This document shows, in pieces, positions 30,833 through 42,013 of a stretch of 64,000 bases of DNA. Location: NCBI GenBank assembly GCA_046290225.1, contig JBKAGE010000036.1:386979-450978 (forward strand). Reading direction: 5' to 3'. Positions within the stretch are counted from its first letter, which is position 1, and each line of letters begins with the position of its first letter. The position numbers were made by a program, and so were the translations under genes. The notes under the pieces were generated by a model. That model was given only the letters and a program-made list of their open reading frames with translations, did no database searches and had not been told where the DNA came from. This stretch comes from Bradymonadia bacterium (GTDB lineage Bacteria; Myxococcota_A; Bradymonadia; UBA7976; UBA1532).

Positions 30833-31660
30833 ATGCAGCAGCTTCTCCTGTTCTCCCTTCTCTTCTCCTTCTCGTGGGCGTGCAGCGCCAGCACCACCCT
30901 GCCCGGCCACACGGGGCCTGAGTTGAAGGTGGCCACCTTCAACGTGAACTTCGGCCTGCGGGGTGATCTCGAGACCGCGATGGCCCTGGGCACTGACGTG
31001 GACGTCGTCTGCTTTCAGGAGACCAACCCCACATGGGAGAGGCGCTTGCTCGAAGTCCATGGTAACCGGTTGAGCCATCACAGCTTCGTTCATCGAGCCG
31101 CTGCCGGTGGGCTCGGGGTCATGTCCCGCTACCCCATCGAGGAGGCGGAGATCCTCGAGGGTGTGGGCTGGTTCCCCGCCATGCGGATCGTGGTGCAGGC
31201 GCCCCTCGGCCCGGTGCAGATTCTCAACGTGCACCTGCGGCCTCCGGTGAGCGACGACGGCAGCTTCGTCACTGGGTATTTCACCACCGGCTCGGTCCGT
31301 GAGGAGGAGATGCAGGCCTTCGCCGAACACCTCGCTCCCGATCTGCCCACGCTGATCATGGGTGACTTCAACGAAGAGTCTGGCGGTGACGCAGTGGAGT
31401 GGCTGTCGGAGTCACGTCAGATGCGAGACACCCTCGACGCCCTGGACAATGACGATCATACCTGGCGCTGGACCACGCGCTGGGGGGTCAAGCTCACCGG
31501 CACGCTGGATCACATCCTCTTCGACGAGCGGCTGGTCCCTGTACGGGGCAAGGTGATCGACGCCGGCCGCTCAGACCATTTGCCCGTGGTGGCCACCTTC
31601 GCCCGCCCGGTGATCACCATGAAGGCTCCACCAAGAGATCGGGGCTCCTTGTCGTTCTGA
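30833..31660 (+). CDS. Exported endonuclease/exonuclease/phosphatase family protein
   Basis: KVATFNV, DVVCFQE, NVHL, GDFN, LDHIL, SDHLPV. Confidence 0.9.
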   Translation: MQQLLLFSLLFSFSWACSASTTLPGHTGPELKVATFNVNFGLRGDLETAMALGTDVDVVCFQETNPTWERRLLEVHGNRLSHHSFVHRAAAGGLGVMSRYPIEEAEILEGVGWFPAMRIVVQAPLGPVQILNVHLRPPVSDDGSFVTGYFTTGSVREEEMQAFAEHLAPDLPTLIMGDFNEESGGDAVEWLSESRQMRDTLDALDNDDHTWRWTTRWGVKLTGTLDHILFDERLVPVRGKVIDAGRSDHLPVVATFARPVITMKAPPRDRGSLSF

Positions 31661-31670
31661 AGTGACGGAC

Positions 31671-32045
31671 TCAGTCCACCTTCGACGGGCCTGGCTGGTC
31701 TGCTTTTGCGTAGGCCGCCTGAGTGCGCGCCTCGGCCTCGGCTCTGGCCACTCGGCCCGTGTGTCGGTTGAACACGAAGATGTTCGCCAATGTGAGGGGC
31801 ACCAGGAAGAGGAGCACCCAGAACGCCGTCTTCATGCCTGGGCCGGTGTCCAACAGACCCGAGTCTCCAATCGAGTCGCTGAACCGCAACCACAGCACAT
31901 AGTCGAAGAGATAGGCGCACGCCCACAGCGTGGCGATCTGCGAGATCACCAGGGTGATGATGAGCAACTTCCAGCGTCTGGGCATCGTGCGAATATCGTA
32001 GTCGGGCTGTGCGGGCGTGTCTTCGGCCATGCAAGCATCTCTCAT
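31671..32045 (-). CDS. Small two-TM membrane protein, unknown function
   Basis: Two hydrophobic segments; fills the gap between convergent and divergent genes. Confidence 0.55.
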   Translation of the reverse strand: MRDACMAEDTPAQPDYDIRTMPRRWKLLIITLVISQIATLWACAYLFDYVLWLRFSDSIGDSGLLDTGPGMKTAFWVLLFLVPLTLANIFVFNRHTGRVARAEAEARTQAAYAKADQPGPSKVD

Positions 32046-32201
32046 GGTGGTTGTTCACTTGCACTCTAGAGGCTCAGGTGTGTGGAGGGAATGCATCAGA
32101 TGCATCCCCACTGGGTGGATCCCCGAAAAAGGACATGGCGATGTGCCTGCTTGAGGCCGTAGAGTCCAGGCCGCCAGAGCCACTGCTTCGCCGAGGTCGA
32201 G

Positions 32202-33923
32202 ATGTCCCGCGTCACCCACCTGTACAGTATGCCTTTCCGTTTCATGGCATCCCTGGGGCTCGCCTCGGTGCTCATACTGCCTACAGCGTGTCAGTCCGAA
32301 GATGATGGTGAGGGCCCTGAAGTCGAGGCCCAGATCGATGCAGCCCCCTCGGAGTTCGACGGACGCCTCGAGCCTGATGTGGGGCCCAGCGTGATTGATG
32401 TGGGCGTCGAACCTGATCAGATGCTCTCCCCTGATATGCAGGTAGACGCCACACCAGAAGCCCCTGACGGAGAGGTTGCGGATGAGCTCGATGGCGGGTT
32501 GCCTGATGCCTCTCCGGATGATGCCACCCTCGATGCTCGAGTGCCTGATATGGGAGCTCAGCCTGACGCCATGCCGCCGACCTTCGAGGGGCCCCGTGAG
32601 GTCATCGTGCACCTCTTCGAGTGGCGCTGGGACGCCATCGCCGACGAATGCGAGATGGTGCTCGGGCCTGGAGGGTACCGCGCGGTTCAGGTCTCTCCGC
32701 CTCAGGAGTACGGCCTCATCGAGGGGCATCCGTGGTGGGAGCGCTACCAGCCCGTGAGCTACCAGCTCGCTGGCCGAAGTGGTGACGCCGATGCCTTCGA
32801 CGACATGGTCCGCCGCTGCGCCGATGCAGGGGTGGAGATCATGGTCGACGCGGTGATCAATCACATGGCCTTCTCTCAGGGCCCAGGTGTCGCCGGCACC
32901 GAGTTCGAGCGCTATCGGTACCCGGGCCTGTACGAGGACGAGCACTTTCATCAATGCCGGCGGGGCATCGAGAACTGGGGTGACCGGTTCGAGATTCATC
33001 ACTGTGAGCTGGCCACCCTGCCCGATCTCGCCACTGGGCACCCACACGTCCGCCAGCAGCTGACCGCCTACCTGCAGGATCTCCTCGATCGTGGGGTGGC
33101 GGGCTTTCGTGTAGACGCCGCCAAGCACATGCCCGCCGTCGACCTCGCCGCCATCTTCGACGCCGTCGATGGTGATCCCTACGTGTTCCAGGAGGTCGTC
33201 GACACCCATGACGGCGAGGTCGTCACTGCAGAGGAATACTTCGGCATCGGTCGGATCACCGAGTTCCGCTATGGCCTCGAGATCACGCGAGTGTTCACTG
33301 AGGGCCAGCTGTCCTGGCTGTCGGGCTTCGGCGAAGCATGGGGCATGGTGCCCAGCGAGCAGGCCGTCGTCTTCATCGACAACCACGACACCCAGCGGGG
33401 CCACGGCGTCGGCGATCCGATCACCCATCGAGTGCCTGATCTGTACCGTGTGGCCAATGTCTTCATGCTGGCGTGGCCCTATGGCCACCCCAAGGTCATG
33501 TCGAGCTACGCCATTCGAGGGGGTGATCACGGCCCGCCCCGGGATGCTGAGGGCGCCACGACGCGCCCGCCACGTGGCGGTGACTGCAGTGATGGCTGGA
33601 TCTGTGAGCATCGGTGGCCCGACGTCATGGCCATGGTGCGGTTCCGCAGTGCCACCACAGGGGCTCCGGTGAGTCGATGGTGGAGCAACGGCAACGATCA
33701 AATCGCCTTCGCCCGGGAAGGCCGCGGCTATGTGATCATCAACCGCGAAGAGGCGCCCACGATCACGCGCTTCTTTGACACCGGCCTGGCTCCTGGGCGC
33801 TACTGCGACGTGCTCGCCGACAGCTGTGATGTGCCCATCGAGGTGAACGGAGATGGTTGGGCGGAGATCACCATCGGCCCCCTCGACGCAGTGGCTCTGC
33901 ACGTAGAAGCCATGGCCCCTTAA
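32202..33923 (+). CDS. Lipoprotein alpha-amylase (GH13, animal/actinobacterial-like)
   Basis: LPTAC lipobox, Asp/Ala/Pro linker, VIVHLFEWRW, WWERYQPVSY, DAVINH, GFRVDAAKH, FQEV, FIDNHD, WICEHRW. Confidence 0.92.
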   Translation: MSRVTHLYSMPFRFMASLGLASVLILPTACQSEDDGEGPEVEAQIDAAPSEFDGRLEPDVGPSVIDVGVEPDQMLSPDMQVDATPEAPDGEVADELDGGLPDASPDDATLDARVPDMGAQPDAMPPTFEGPREVIVHLFEWRWDAIADECEMVLGPGGYRAVQVSPPQEYGLIEGHPWWERYQPVSYQLAGRSGDADAFDDMVRRCADAGVEIMVDAVINHMAFSQGPGVAGTEFERYRYPGLYEDEHFHQCRRGIENWGDRFEIHHCELATLPDLATGHPHVRQQLTAYLQDLLDRGVAGFRVDAAKHMPAVDLAAIFDAVDGDPYVFQEVVDTHDGEVVTAEEYFGIGRITEFRYGLEITRVFTEGQLSWLSGFGEAWGMVPSEQAVVFIDNHDTQRGHGVGDPITHRVPDLYRVANVFMLAWPYGHPKVMSSYAIRGGDHGPPRDAEGATTRPPRGGDCSDGWICEHRWPDVMAMVRFRSATTGAPVSRWWSNGNDQIAFAREGRGYVIINREEAPTITRFFDTGLAPGRYCDVLADSCDVPIEVNGDGWAEITIGPLDAVALHVEAMAP

Positions 33924-33961
33924 GAGACGCTGCACAGCCTCCACATTTCAGAGAGTTGACC

Positions 33962-35707
33962 ATGCCTTCACCCAACCGTTTGTCTGTGCGGTGTGCGACA
34001 GCCTGCATGGCGCAGTTGCTCACGCTTCCGATGCTCTTCGGGTGCGGTGCGCCCCCCACCTCTCGAGGGCAGGTGGAACCAGATGCCTCGACGGATACCG
34101 TCCCCTCTGCAGCCACACGACCCATCCCCCCACCTCTGCGGCCACACCTCGTGGACGTCCAGGCTGGCTCATATGTGATGGGATCACCCGAGGATGAACA
34201 TGGACGCGCTTCGAGAGGAGAAGAGCAGGTCTCCGTCACCCTCACCCTCGGCTTCGCCGTGACCTCCACAGAGGTCACTCAGGCGCACTATGACGCAGTC
34301 CTGGGCAGGCTGCCGGAGGGCCAGGACAGAATGAGCGCGTCCTTGCCTGTCCTGGCCTCCTGGTTCGAAGCCACTGACTACGCCAACGCGCTCTCTCGAG
34401 CGGAGGGCCTGGAGCGTTGCTACACAGGCAATCGGCTCACATCCCTGCGTTGCGCAGGCTATCGGCTGCCTACAGAGGCAGAGTGGGAATATCTGGCTCG
34501 AGCCGGTGAGGTCCGGGCCACACCTTCTGGTGACCTCACCGGCCAGGAGGCACAGGACGCCGCCCGCGTCGATCCCCACGGCTGGTCACAGCACAACAGT
34601 GGCCCTGACGGCTCCGCCTGTGGACCGGGCTCGCCGTGCCAGCTGCATCTGGTCGGACAAAAGCAGCCGAACAGCTGGGGGATCTACGACACGCTGGGCA
34701 ATGCCCCGGAGTGGGTGCACGACTGGAGACATGCCCGCGCCACCACACCTCAGACTGATCCTGTGGGGCCAACACAGGACGACGCACACCGTGTCGTACG
34801 CGGAGGCGGGGTCACCAGTCCCGCGGTGCATCTCAGACTCGCCAGCGTCAGCAACGCGCACCCCACGTCACGGATGGGCTTTCGTGTCGTGCGCAGCACC
34901 GTGTCGGTCGTGCGCAGTGACCTGTCGAAGGTACCCCACGGCCCCACGCCAACGGTGAAGCCGCACGCTCAACCCGCAGAGCAGACCACGGCACATCGGC
35001 CAGCGCTCGTTCGACTGGAGCCCGGCACATTCAGCCAGGGGGGTGGTGATGACGCCCCCTCTCATGGTGTGACGCTGACCCGGCCCTTTTGGATCATGTC
35101 GACGGAAGTGACCCAGGGGCAATACGCCGCCCTCGTAGGGCACAACCCCGCCTTCTTCGATCAATGTGGCGACACCTGCCCTGTAGACTCGGTCAACTGG
35201 TTCGACGCCATGCGCTTCGCCGATCTGCTCTCAGCCTCGGAAGGGCTGCCTCAGTGCCACCGTGAAGGCCAGCCTGCAGCGCCTGACTGCACAGGGTATC
35301 GACTGCCCACCGAAGCCGAGTGGGAGTATGCCGCTCGCGCCACCAGCACAGGGGACACCTACGGCTATGTGCCCAACGTGGAGATCGCGTGGTTCAGGGA
35401 CAACTCGGAGAAGCGCCCCCACCCCGTGGGACAAAAGAAAGCCAATGAGTGGCAGCTCTTCGACATGGTGGGCAACGTCGCCGAGTGGACTGCCGATGCA
35501 TACGACACCTACCCCAAAGGGCCAGTGACCGATCCGTTCAAGAAAGAGGCCCCTGCCGCAGGCCGAGTCACCCGGGGCGGCCACTGGTCCACCAGCGAAA
35601 TCGGCCGCGCCCTCAGCACGTGGAAGCGCACTGCCCGCGAGCCTGTGGAGCGGCGCTACGACTTGGGATTCCGTCTCGTACGCTCGGCGCAGCCCAAGGC
35701 GCCCTGA
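33962..35707 (+). CDS. Lipoprotein with two tandem FGE-sulfatase (SUMF1-like) domains
   Basis: LFGC lipobox; twice TEVTQ, YRLPTEAEWEY, N.W..(Y/F)D..GN..EW, RGG, GFR.VR. Confidence 0.88.
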   Translation: MPSPNRLSVRCATACMAQLLTLPMLFGCGAPPTSRGQVEPDASTDTVPSAATRPIPPPLRPHLVDVQAGSYVMGSPEDEHGRASRGEEQVSVTLTLGFAVTSTEVTQAHYDAVLGRLPEGQDRMSASLPVLASWFEATDYANALSRAEGLERCYTGNRLTSLRCAGYRLPTEAEWEYLARAGEVRATPSGDLTGQEAQDAARVDPHGWSQHNSGPDGSACGPGSPCQLHLVGQKQPNSWGIYDTLGNAPEWVHDWRHARATTPQTDPVGPTQDDAHRVVRGGGVTSPAVHLRLASVSNAHPTSRMGFRVVRSTVSVVRSDLSKVPHGPTPTVKPHAQPAEQTTAHRPALVRLEPGTFSQGGGDDAPSHGVTLTRPFWIMSTEVTQGQYAALVGHNPAFFDQCGDTCPVDSVNWFDAMRFADLLSASEGLPQCHREGQPAAPDCTGYRLPTEAEWEYAARATSTGDTYGYVPNVEIAWFRDNSEKRPHPVGQKKANEWQLFDMVGNVAEWTADAYDTYPKGPVTDPFKKEAPAAGRVTRGGHWSTSEIGRALSTWKRTAREPVERRYDLGFRLVRSAQPKAP

Positions 35708-35729
35708 GCAGGCTCAGAGATCCTCTCGA

Positions 35730-36727
35730 TCAGCCCTTCACGGCGTGACAGGCCACCTGATGGCCTTCGCCGATCTGCACGAGCTGTGGCTCTTCGGAGA
35801 CGCACTTGTCGGCGATGTCGGGGCGCTCACGGCGCAGCGGACAGCGGGTGTGGAACCGACAACCCGAGGGCGGGTTGATGGGGCTGGGCACGTCACCCTC
35901 GAGCACCACTCGGGTGCGTTTGGCCTCGATCTCCGGATCAGGGATCGGCACGGCGGAGATGAGGGCCTGGGTATACGGGTGACTCGGCCGCTCGTAGAGG
36001 GCGGCGTAGTCGGCCAGCTCGACGATACGACCGAGATACATCACCGCGATGCGATCACTGATGTGACGGACCGCAGCGAGATCGTGGGCGATGAAGAGAT
36101 AGGTCAGCCCCATCTCCTGCTGCAGATCCTGCAGCAGATTCATGATCTGCGCCTGAATCGACACGTCGAGGGCAGAGATGGGCTCGTCGCACACGATGAA
36201 CTTCGGGTGAGTGGCCAGCGCCCGGGCGATGCCGATGCGCTGACGCTGACCACCGGAGAACTCGTGGGGGTAGCGCCGCACGTACTGCGGGTTGAGGCCA
36301 CACTTCACCATGAGGGCCTGCACCCGCGCCTGCAGCTCGGGGCCCTTCTTCTCGAGGCTGTGGGTCACCAGGGGCTCGCCGATGATGTCACCCACGGTCA
36401 TGCGCGGGTTCAAACACGCATATGGATCCTGGAAGATCATCTGCATGTGCCGGCGATACGGGAACAGCGCCTTGTCGCTCACCTCGGTGAGATCGACGCC
36501 ATTGAAGATCACCTTGCCCGCCGTGGGCCGGTACAGCTGCAGAATCGCTCGACCGGTGGTGCTCTTACCGCAGCCGGACTCGCCCACCAGGCCGAGGGTC
36601 TCCCCGGGCTTCACCTCGAAGCTCAGGCCGTCCACGGCCTTCACCGCCCCCACCTGACGGCGGAGCATCGCCCCCTTGAAGATGGGGAAGTGCATCTTCA
36701 GATCATCGATCTTGAGCAGGGCTTCAC

Positions 36728-36731
<4 letters not shown>
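35730..36731 (-). CDS. oppF: Oligopeptide ABC transporter ATP-binding subunit
   Basis: [26 protein letters not shown]-terminal Cys-rich domain. Confidence 0.93.
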
Positions 36732-37720
<989 letters not shown>

Positions 37721-37721
37721 G

Positions 37722-39089
37722 TCAGTCCTTGCGCACTTGAGGATCGAGGGCGTCGCGCAGCCCGTCGCCGAGGAAGTTCAACGCCAGCAACGTGATGGCC
37801 AGGGCGGCGCCGGGGAAGGCGATCTGCCAGGGGTACTCCTGGAAGGATTTGGCCCCCTCTGCGGCGAGGCTGCCCCACGAGGCGTAAGGGTCCTGAACCC
37901 CGAGGCCGAGGAACGACAAGAACGCCTCTTCGATCATCACCGCGGGCACCGTGAGGGTGGAGTACACGATGATGGGCCCCAGGGCGTTGGGGATCAGGTG
38001 GCGGGTGATGATCTTGCGGTTGCTCACGCCGATGGCCCGGGCGGCCTCGACGAACTCGCGCTTCTTCAACGAGATCACCTGCCCGCGGACGATCCGGCTC
38101 ATGGTGAGCCACTGGATCGCCCCCAAAGCCATGAACAACAAATAGAGTTTCTTGTCGCCGGGGATCTCCTGGAAGATCACCATCAGCAGGATGACCAGGA
38201 ACATGAAGGGCAGGCCGTACATCACGTCGACGAAGCGCATCATCAGGTTGTCGACGCGGCCTCCGAGGTAGCCCGCCGTGGCCCCCCAGAGCACCCCGAT
38301 CAAGAAGCTGACCAGGGTGGCGATGAAGCCCACGGCGAGGCTCACGCGGGCGCCCTGCACCACCCGGGTGGCGAGATCACGCCCCAGGGCGTCGGTGCCG
38401 AAGTGGTGCACCTCGGGCTCGGGCACACCGTGATACTCATCTTGAGTGAGCGAGCTGCGTTTTTTGTCCATGCCCTCGGCAGGATCGCCCCCTGGGGCGA
38501 AATGCCGGGCGCGGATGAAGTTCGCCGCCTCGTCGTCGGGGAAGATGTTGGTGAGCACCGCGGACTCTTCGAGGCTGAGCAGTCCGTCTTCGTCGGCGTC
38601 GTGCAGCAACACGGTCTCGTTACCGCTGTCCTTGAACAGCCGAACAGGGGCCTCCTCCACCTCGACGACGTCGAGGAAGCCGTCGCCGTTCTGGTCGAGC
38701 TGCTTGAACTCGTCGGCCATCACCCACTTCGACAGTTCGATGGCCTCGATCTCACCGTTCTTGTTGATGTCGACGGCGTCGAACTGCTCTGCGGTGCCCG
38801 GCATGTAGTCGAAGTGGAACTCCGGTACCGAGCGGGCCCCCACGGGCATATCGGCCCGGGCCACGTGCTGCTCTTGGAAGGCGAACTGAGTGATGTGGGC
38901 ACTGATGAGTTCGAAGCTCAGGGCACACACCACCATGAAGGCCACCACCACGGCCCCCACGAGGGCGGCGCGGTTCTTCAGAAGCCGGCGCCAGGCGTCT
39001 GCCCAGAGGCTGCTGCCCTTCTCGAGACCAGCATGCTCGGCGCCCTCGGGGCTCTGTTGGGGGATCGCCCCGGACGTTGGCTCAGTCAT
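37722..39089 (-). CDS. oppC: Oligopeptide ABC permease with EF-hand-containing insertion
   Basis: SLWADAWRRL, HHFGTDALGRD, EFVEAARAIG; three DxxxxG-type 12-residue loops after TM1. Confidence 0.92.
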   Translation of the reverse strand: MTEPTSGAIPQQSPEGAEHAGLEKGSSLWADAWRRLLKNRAALVGAVVVAFMVVCALSFELISAHITQFAFQEQHVARADMPVGARSVPEFHFDYMPGTAEQFDAVDINKNGEIEAIELSKWVMADEFKQLDQNGDGFLDVVEVEEAPVRLFKDSGNETVLLHDADEDGLLSLEESAVLTNIFPDDEAANFIRARHFAPGGDPAEGMDKKRSSLTQDEYHGVPEPEVHHFGTDALGRDLATRVVQGARVSLAVGFIATLVSFLIGVLWGATAGYLGGRVDNLMMRFVDVMYGLPFMFLVILLMVIFQEIPGDKKLYLLFMALGAIQWLTMSRIVRGQVISLKKREFVEAARAIGVSNRKIITRHLIPNALGPIIVYSTLTVPAVMIEEAFLSFLGLGVQDPYASWGSLAAEGAKSFQEYPWQIAFPGAALAITLLALNFLGDGLRDALDPQVRKD

Positions 39090-40035
39090 AGCTCACCCGG
39101 GGATCGAGCAGGGTGTAGAAGATGTCCACGATCAGGTTCAGGAACACCAGCAAGGTGGAGTAGAGCACGATGGTGCCCAACACCAGGGGGTAGTCGCGGT
39201 TGAAGGCCGACTCGACGAAGTGCGTGCCCAACCCGGGGATGTTGAAGATCTTCTCCACCACCACCGAGCCCGTGAGCATGCGGGCGAAGGCGGGACCGAG
39301 GTAGCTCACCACGGGCAACAGCGCCCCACGAAGCATGTGGCCCATGACCACCGCCCGCTCGCCGAGGCCCTTGGCCCGGGCGGTGCGCACGTAATCCTGA
39401 CGTACCACCTCCAACATGCCCGAGCGGGTGAGCCGAGCGATGTAGGCGGCGTAGACCAGCCCCAGGGTGAGGCTGGGCAGGAAGCTACAGCGGATGTGAT
39501 CGCCGAGGGTGAAGTTCGGATCCCAGAAGGGTTTCCAGCCGCCTGGATCGAACCAGTTCACCTGCACCGCGAAGTAGTAGATGAGCAGTGGTCCCAACAC
39601 GAGGCTGGGCACCGAGACTCCCACCATGGCCGCAGTCATGGTGGTGTAGTCCTGCCATTTGTTTTGCTTGAAACCCGCGAACAAACCCGCCGCCAGACCC
39701 ACCAGCAGGGCGATGACCAGCGCCTGGGCGCCGAGCATCATGCTCGTGGGCAGCCCTTCGGCGAGGATCTCGTTCACCGTGCGATCGGGGTACTTCATCG
39801 AAGGCCCGAAGTCGGCGTGCAGCACGATGGACTTCATCTGCAGTAGGTATTGCTCCAGCAGAGGCTTGTCCATGTTGTACTTGGCTTTGAGGTTGGCCTC
39901 GATCTCCGGCGGCAGCTTGCGCTCGGAGTCGAAGGGGCCACCGGGGGCGGTCCGCATCACGAAGAACGATGCGGTGATGATCACCAGGATCACCGCGATG
40001 GAGCTGAGCAGGCGCTTGATGATGTATTGGACCAA
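39082..40035 (-). CDS. oppB: Oligopeptide ABC permease
   Basis: YIIKRL, APGGPF, DYVRTARAKGL, NRDYP, LDPRV. Confidence 0.93.
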   Translation of the reverse strand: MVQYIIKRLLSSIAVILVIITASFFVMRTAPGGPFDSERKLPPEIEANLKAKYNMDKPLLEQYLLQMKSIVLHADFGPSMKYPDRTVNEILAEGLPTSMMLGAQALVIALLVGLAAGLFAGFKQNKWQDYTTMTAAMVGVSVPSLVLGPLLIYYFAVQVNWFDPGGWKPFWDPNFTLGDHIRCSFLPSLTLGLVYAAYIARLTRSGMLEVVRQDYVRTARAKGLGERAVVMGHMLRGALLPVVSYLGPAFARMLTGSVVVEKIFNIPGLGTHFVESAFNRDYPLVLGTIVLYSTLLVFLNLIVDIFYTLLDPRVSYD

Positions 40036-40124
40036 AGGCCCGGCCTCCAGAAGCTATGCGGTGGGGGGCTGTGCGGGGGGCTGAGCCTCGAGATCGAGCG
40101 AGCCCCGCCCCGGGCCCGGGCAGG

Positions 40125-41828
40125 TTACTGCTCGATCTTGAAGTAGCGGGACAAGTGCACGCCCTGCAGGTGAGTGTTGTAGCCTTTGAGCCACGGCTTC
40201 ACCATGTCGTACTTCATGTAATAGTAGATGGGCAGGCTGGGCAGGTTCTCGACGTACATCGCCTCGGCCTTGTTGAGGGCGGCGTAGCGGGCCTCCACCG
40301 TGGTGGCCTTGCGGGCCTCGTCGATGATCTTGTCGTACTCGGCGCTGGACCACCCGGTGCGGTTGTTGGTGTTGGTGGTCTCCCACAGGTCGAGGAAGGT
40401 CATGGGATCGAGGTAGTCGCCGATCCAGGCCAGACGGCTGATGTCGTAGTCCTTCTCGTTCTGCTTCTTGATGAGGACCTTCCACTCCATGTTCTCGAGG
40501 TCGATCTCCACGCCGAGGTTCTTGCGCCACTGCTCCTGGATGTACTGGGCGATGAGCTTGTGGCCCTCGAGGGTGTTGTAGCTGAGCTTCAGTCGGGGGA
40601 AGCCCTTACCGTCGGGGTAGCCGGCCTCGGCGAGCAGCTTGCGGGCCTTCTCGGGGTTGTACCCCTCACCCTGGGCCTTCTTGTAGCCGAGATCTTCGAG
40701 GGCGGGGTGCACGATGCTCGAAGCAGGCTCCTGCTGCCCCTTCACCACGTACTTGCCGATCTGCCCCTTGTCGATGGCCAGGTTCAGCGCCTGACGCACC
40801 TTCAGGCTGTCCAGAGGCTTCTTCTCTACATTGAAGAGGAAGTAGTACACCCCCACGTAGGGCGAGATCTTGAGATCGGGCTGCTTCTCCTGGATGTACC
40901 GGGGCAGCACCGCCGGGGGCACGCGGCTCTCGAGGAAGTCGATGTCGTGGGCCAGGAAGGCGTTGTGGGCGGGCTCGCTCTCCTGGACGATGTGGTAGAT
41001 GATTTTGTCGAAGGGCACCGCGGGCTTGTCCCAGTAGTGGGGGTTGGCCTCGAGGGTGATGCGCTGCTTGCTCTTCCACTCCGTGGTCATCCAGGGCCCG
41101 TTGGAGACGATGTTCTCCGGCCGGGACCACTTGTCGCCGTGCTGCTCCACCACGCTCTGCTTCACCGGCATGAAGGTGTAGAAGGCCGTCAGCTGGTTGA
41201 AGAACGGCAGCGGCGCCACGAGCTTCACCTCAAGGGTGTGATCGTCGACGGCCTTGATGCCCACCTTGCCGGCGAGATCGGCCCGAGTCTCCGGGGTGGA
41301 CTCGTTGTAGGCCTTAGCCCCCTCGATGACCCACAGGATGCTGGCGTAGCGCGAGGCGGTCTCGGGGTTGAGCACCCGCTTCCACGCATAGGCGAAGTCA
41401 CCGGCGGTGACGGCGCTGCCGTCGGACCACTTGGCGTTCTTGCGCAACGTAAAGGTCCAGGTAAGGCCGTCTTCGGAGATCGTGTGCCCCTCGGCCACCC
41501 CATTGGGCCAGTCTTTGTGGGTGGGGCCGTAATTGTAGAGACCCTCGAAGGTGTCGTGGGTGACGATGCCACCCTCGGACTCCGAGATCAGCCCGGGGTC
41601 GAGGTACTCCGGCTCACCGAGGCTACGGTGAAAGATGCGGGGGTTCTTCTCTTTGCGGGGGATCCCGTCGGCCGCACCCTTGGGGTCTTTGCCCGTGTCA
41701 CCGGACTTGCCGCCATCGGCCTTCTTGGCCTTTACGGCGCGCTTGGCCTTGACGGGCTCAGATCCTTTGTCGTCGCAGCCGAAGAATACACAGGACAGGA
41801 CCGCGGCGAGCATCAGGGTGCGTCTCAT
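40125..41828 (-). CDS. oppA: Oligopeptide-binding lipoprotein
   Basis: VFFGC lipobox; LDPG, FEGL, WSDG, SNGPW, WIGDY; SD GGAGG. Confidence 0.93.
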   Translation of the reverse strand: MRRTLMLAAVLSCVFFGCDDKGSEPVKAKRAVKAKKADGGKSGDTGKDPKGAADGIPRKEKNPRIFHRSLGEPEYLDPGLISESEGGIVTHDTFEGLYNYGPTHKDWPNGVAEGHTISEDGLTWTFTLRKNAKWSDGSAVTAGDFAYAWKRVLNPETASRYASILWVIEGAKAYNESTPETRADLAGKVGIKAVDDHTLEVKLVAPLPFFNQLTAFYTFMPVKQSVVEQHGDKWSRPENIVSNGPWMTTEWKSKQRITLEANPHYWDKPAVPFDKIIYHIVQESEPAHNAFLAHDIDFLESRVPPAVLPRYIQEKQPDLKISPYVGVYYFLFNVEKKPLDSLKVRQALNLAIDKGQIGKYVVKGQQEPASSIVHPALEDLGYKKAQGEGYNPEKARKLLAEAGYPDGKGFPRLKLSYNTLEGHKLIAQYIQEQWRKNLGVEIDLENMEWKVLIKKQNEKDYDISRLAWIGDYLDPMTFLDLWETTNTNNRTGWSSAEYDKIIDEARKATTVEARYAALNKAEAMYVENLPSLPIYYYMKYDMVKPWLKGYNTHLQGVHLSRYFKIEQ

Positions 41829-42013
41829 GGGCGCCTCCACGTGGAAAAGCATAAAGCATCGGGGTCTTACAACAGCCCCCAAAAGGGGTCAAGGCTGGCC
41901 CCTGCCGTGGACCACATGGGGAGAGGATAGGGTCCGCCGGAGCCGCCGTTGACTTAAACCCCACCTTATCCCACCCTTGGCCATCTGGCCCCGCTTCAGA
42001 GAAGGAAGGGTGA

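Noticed and set aside
33962..35707. FGE-fold protein as diversity-generating retroelement target
   Set aside because: No reverse transcriptase or template repeat seen in the window
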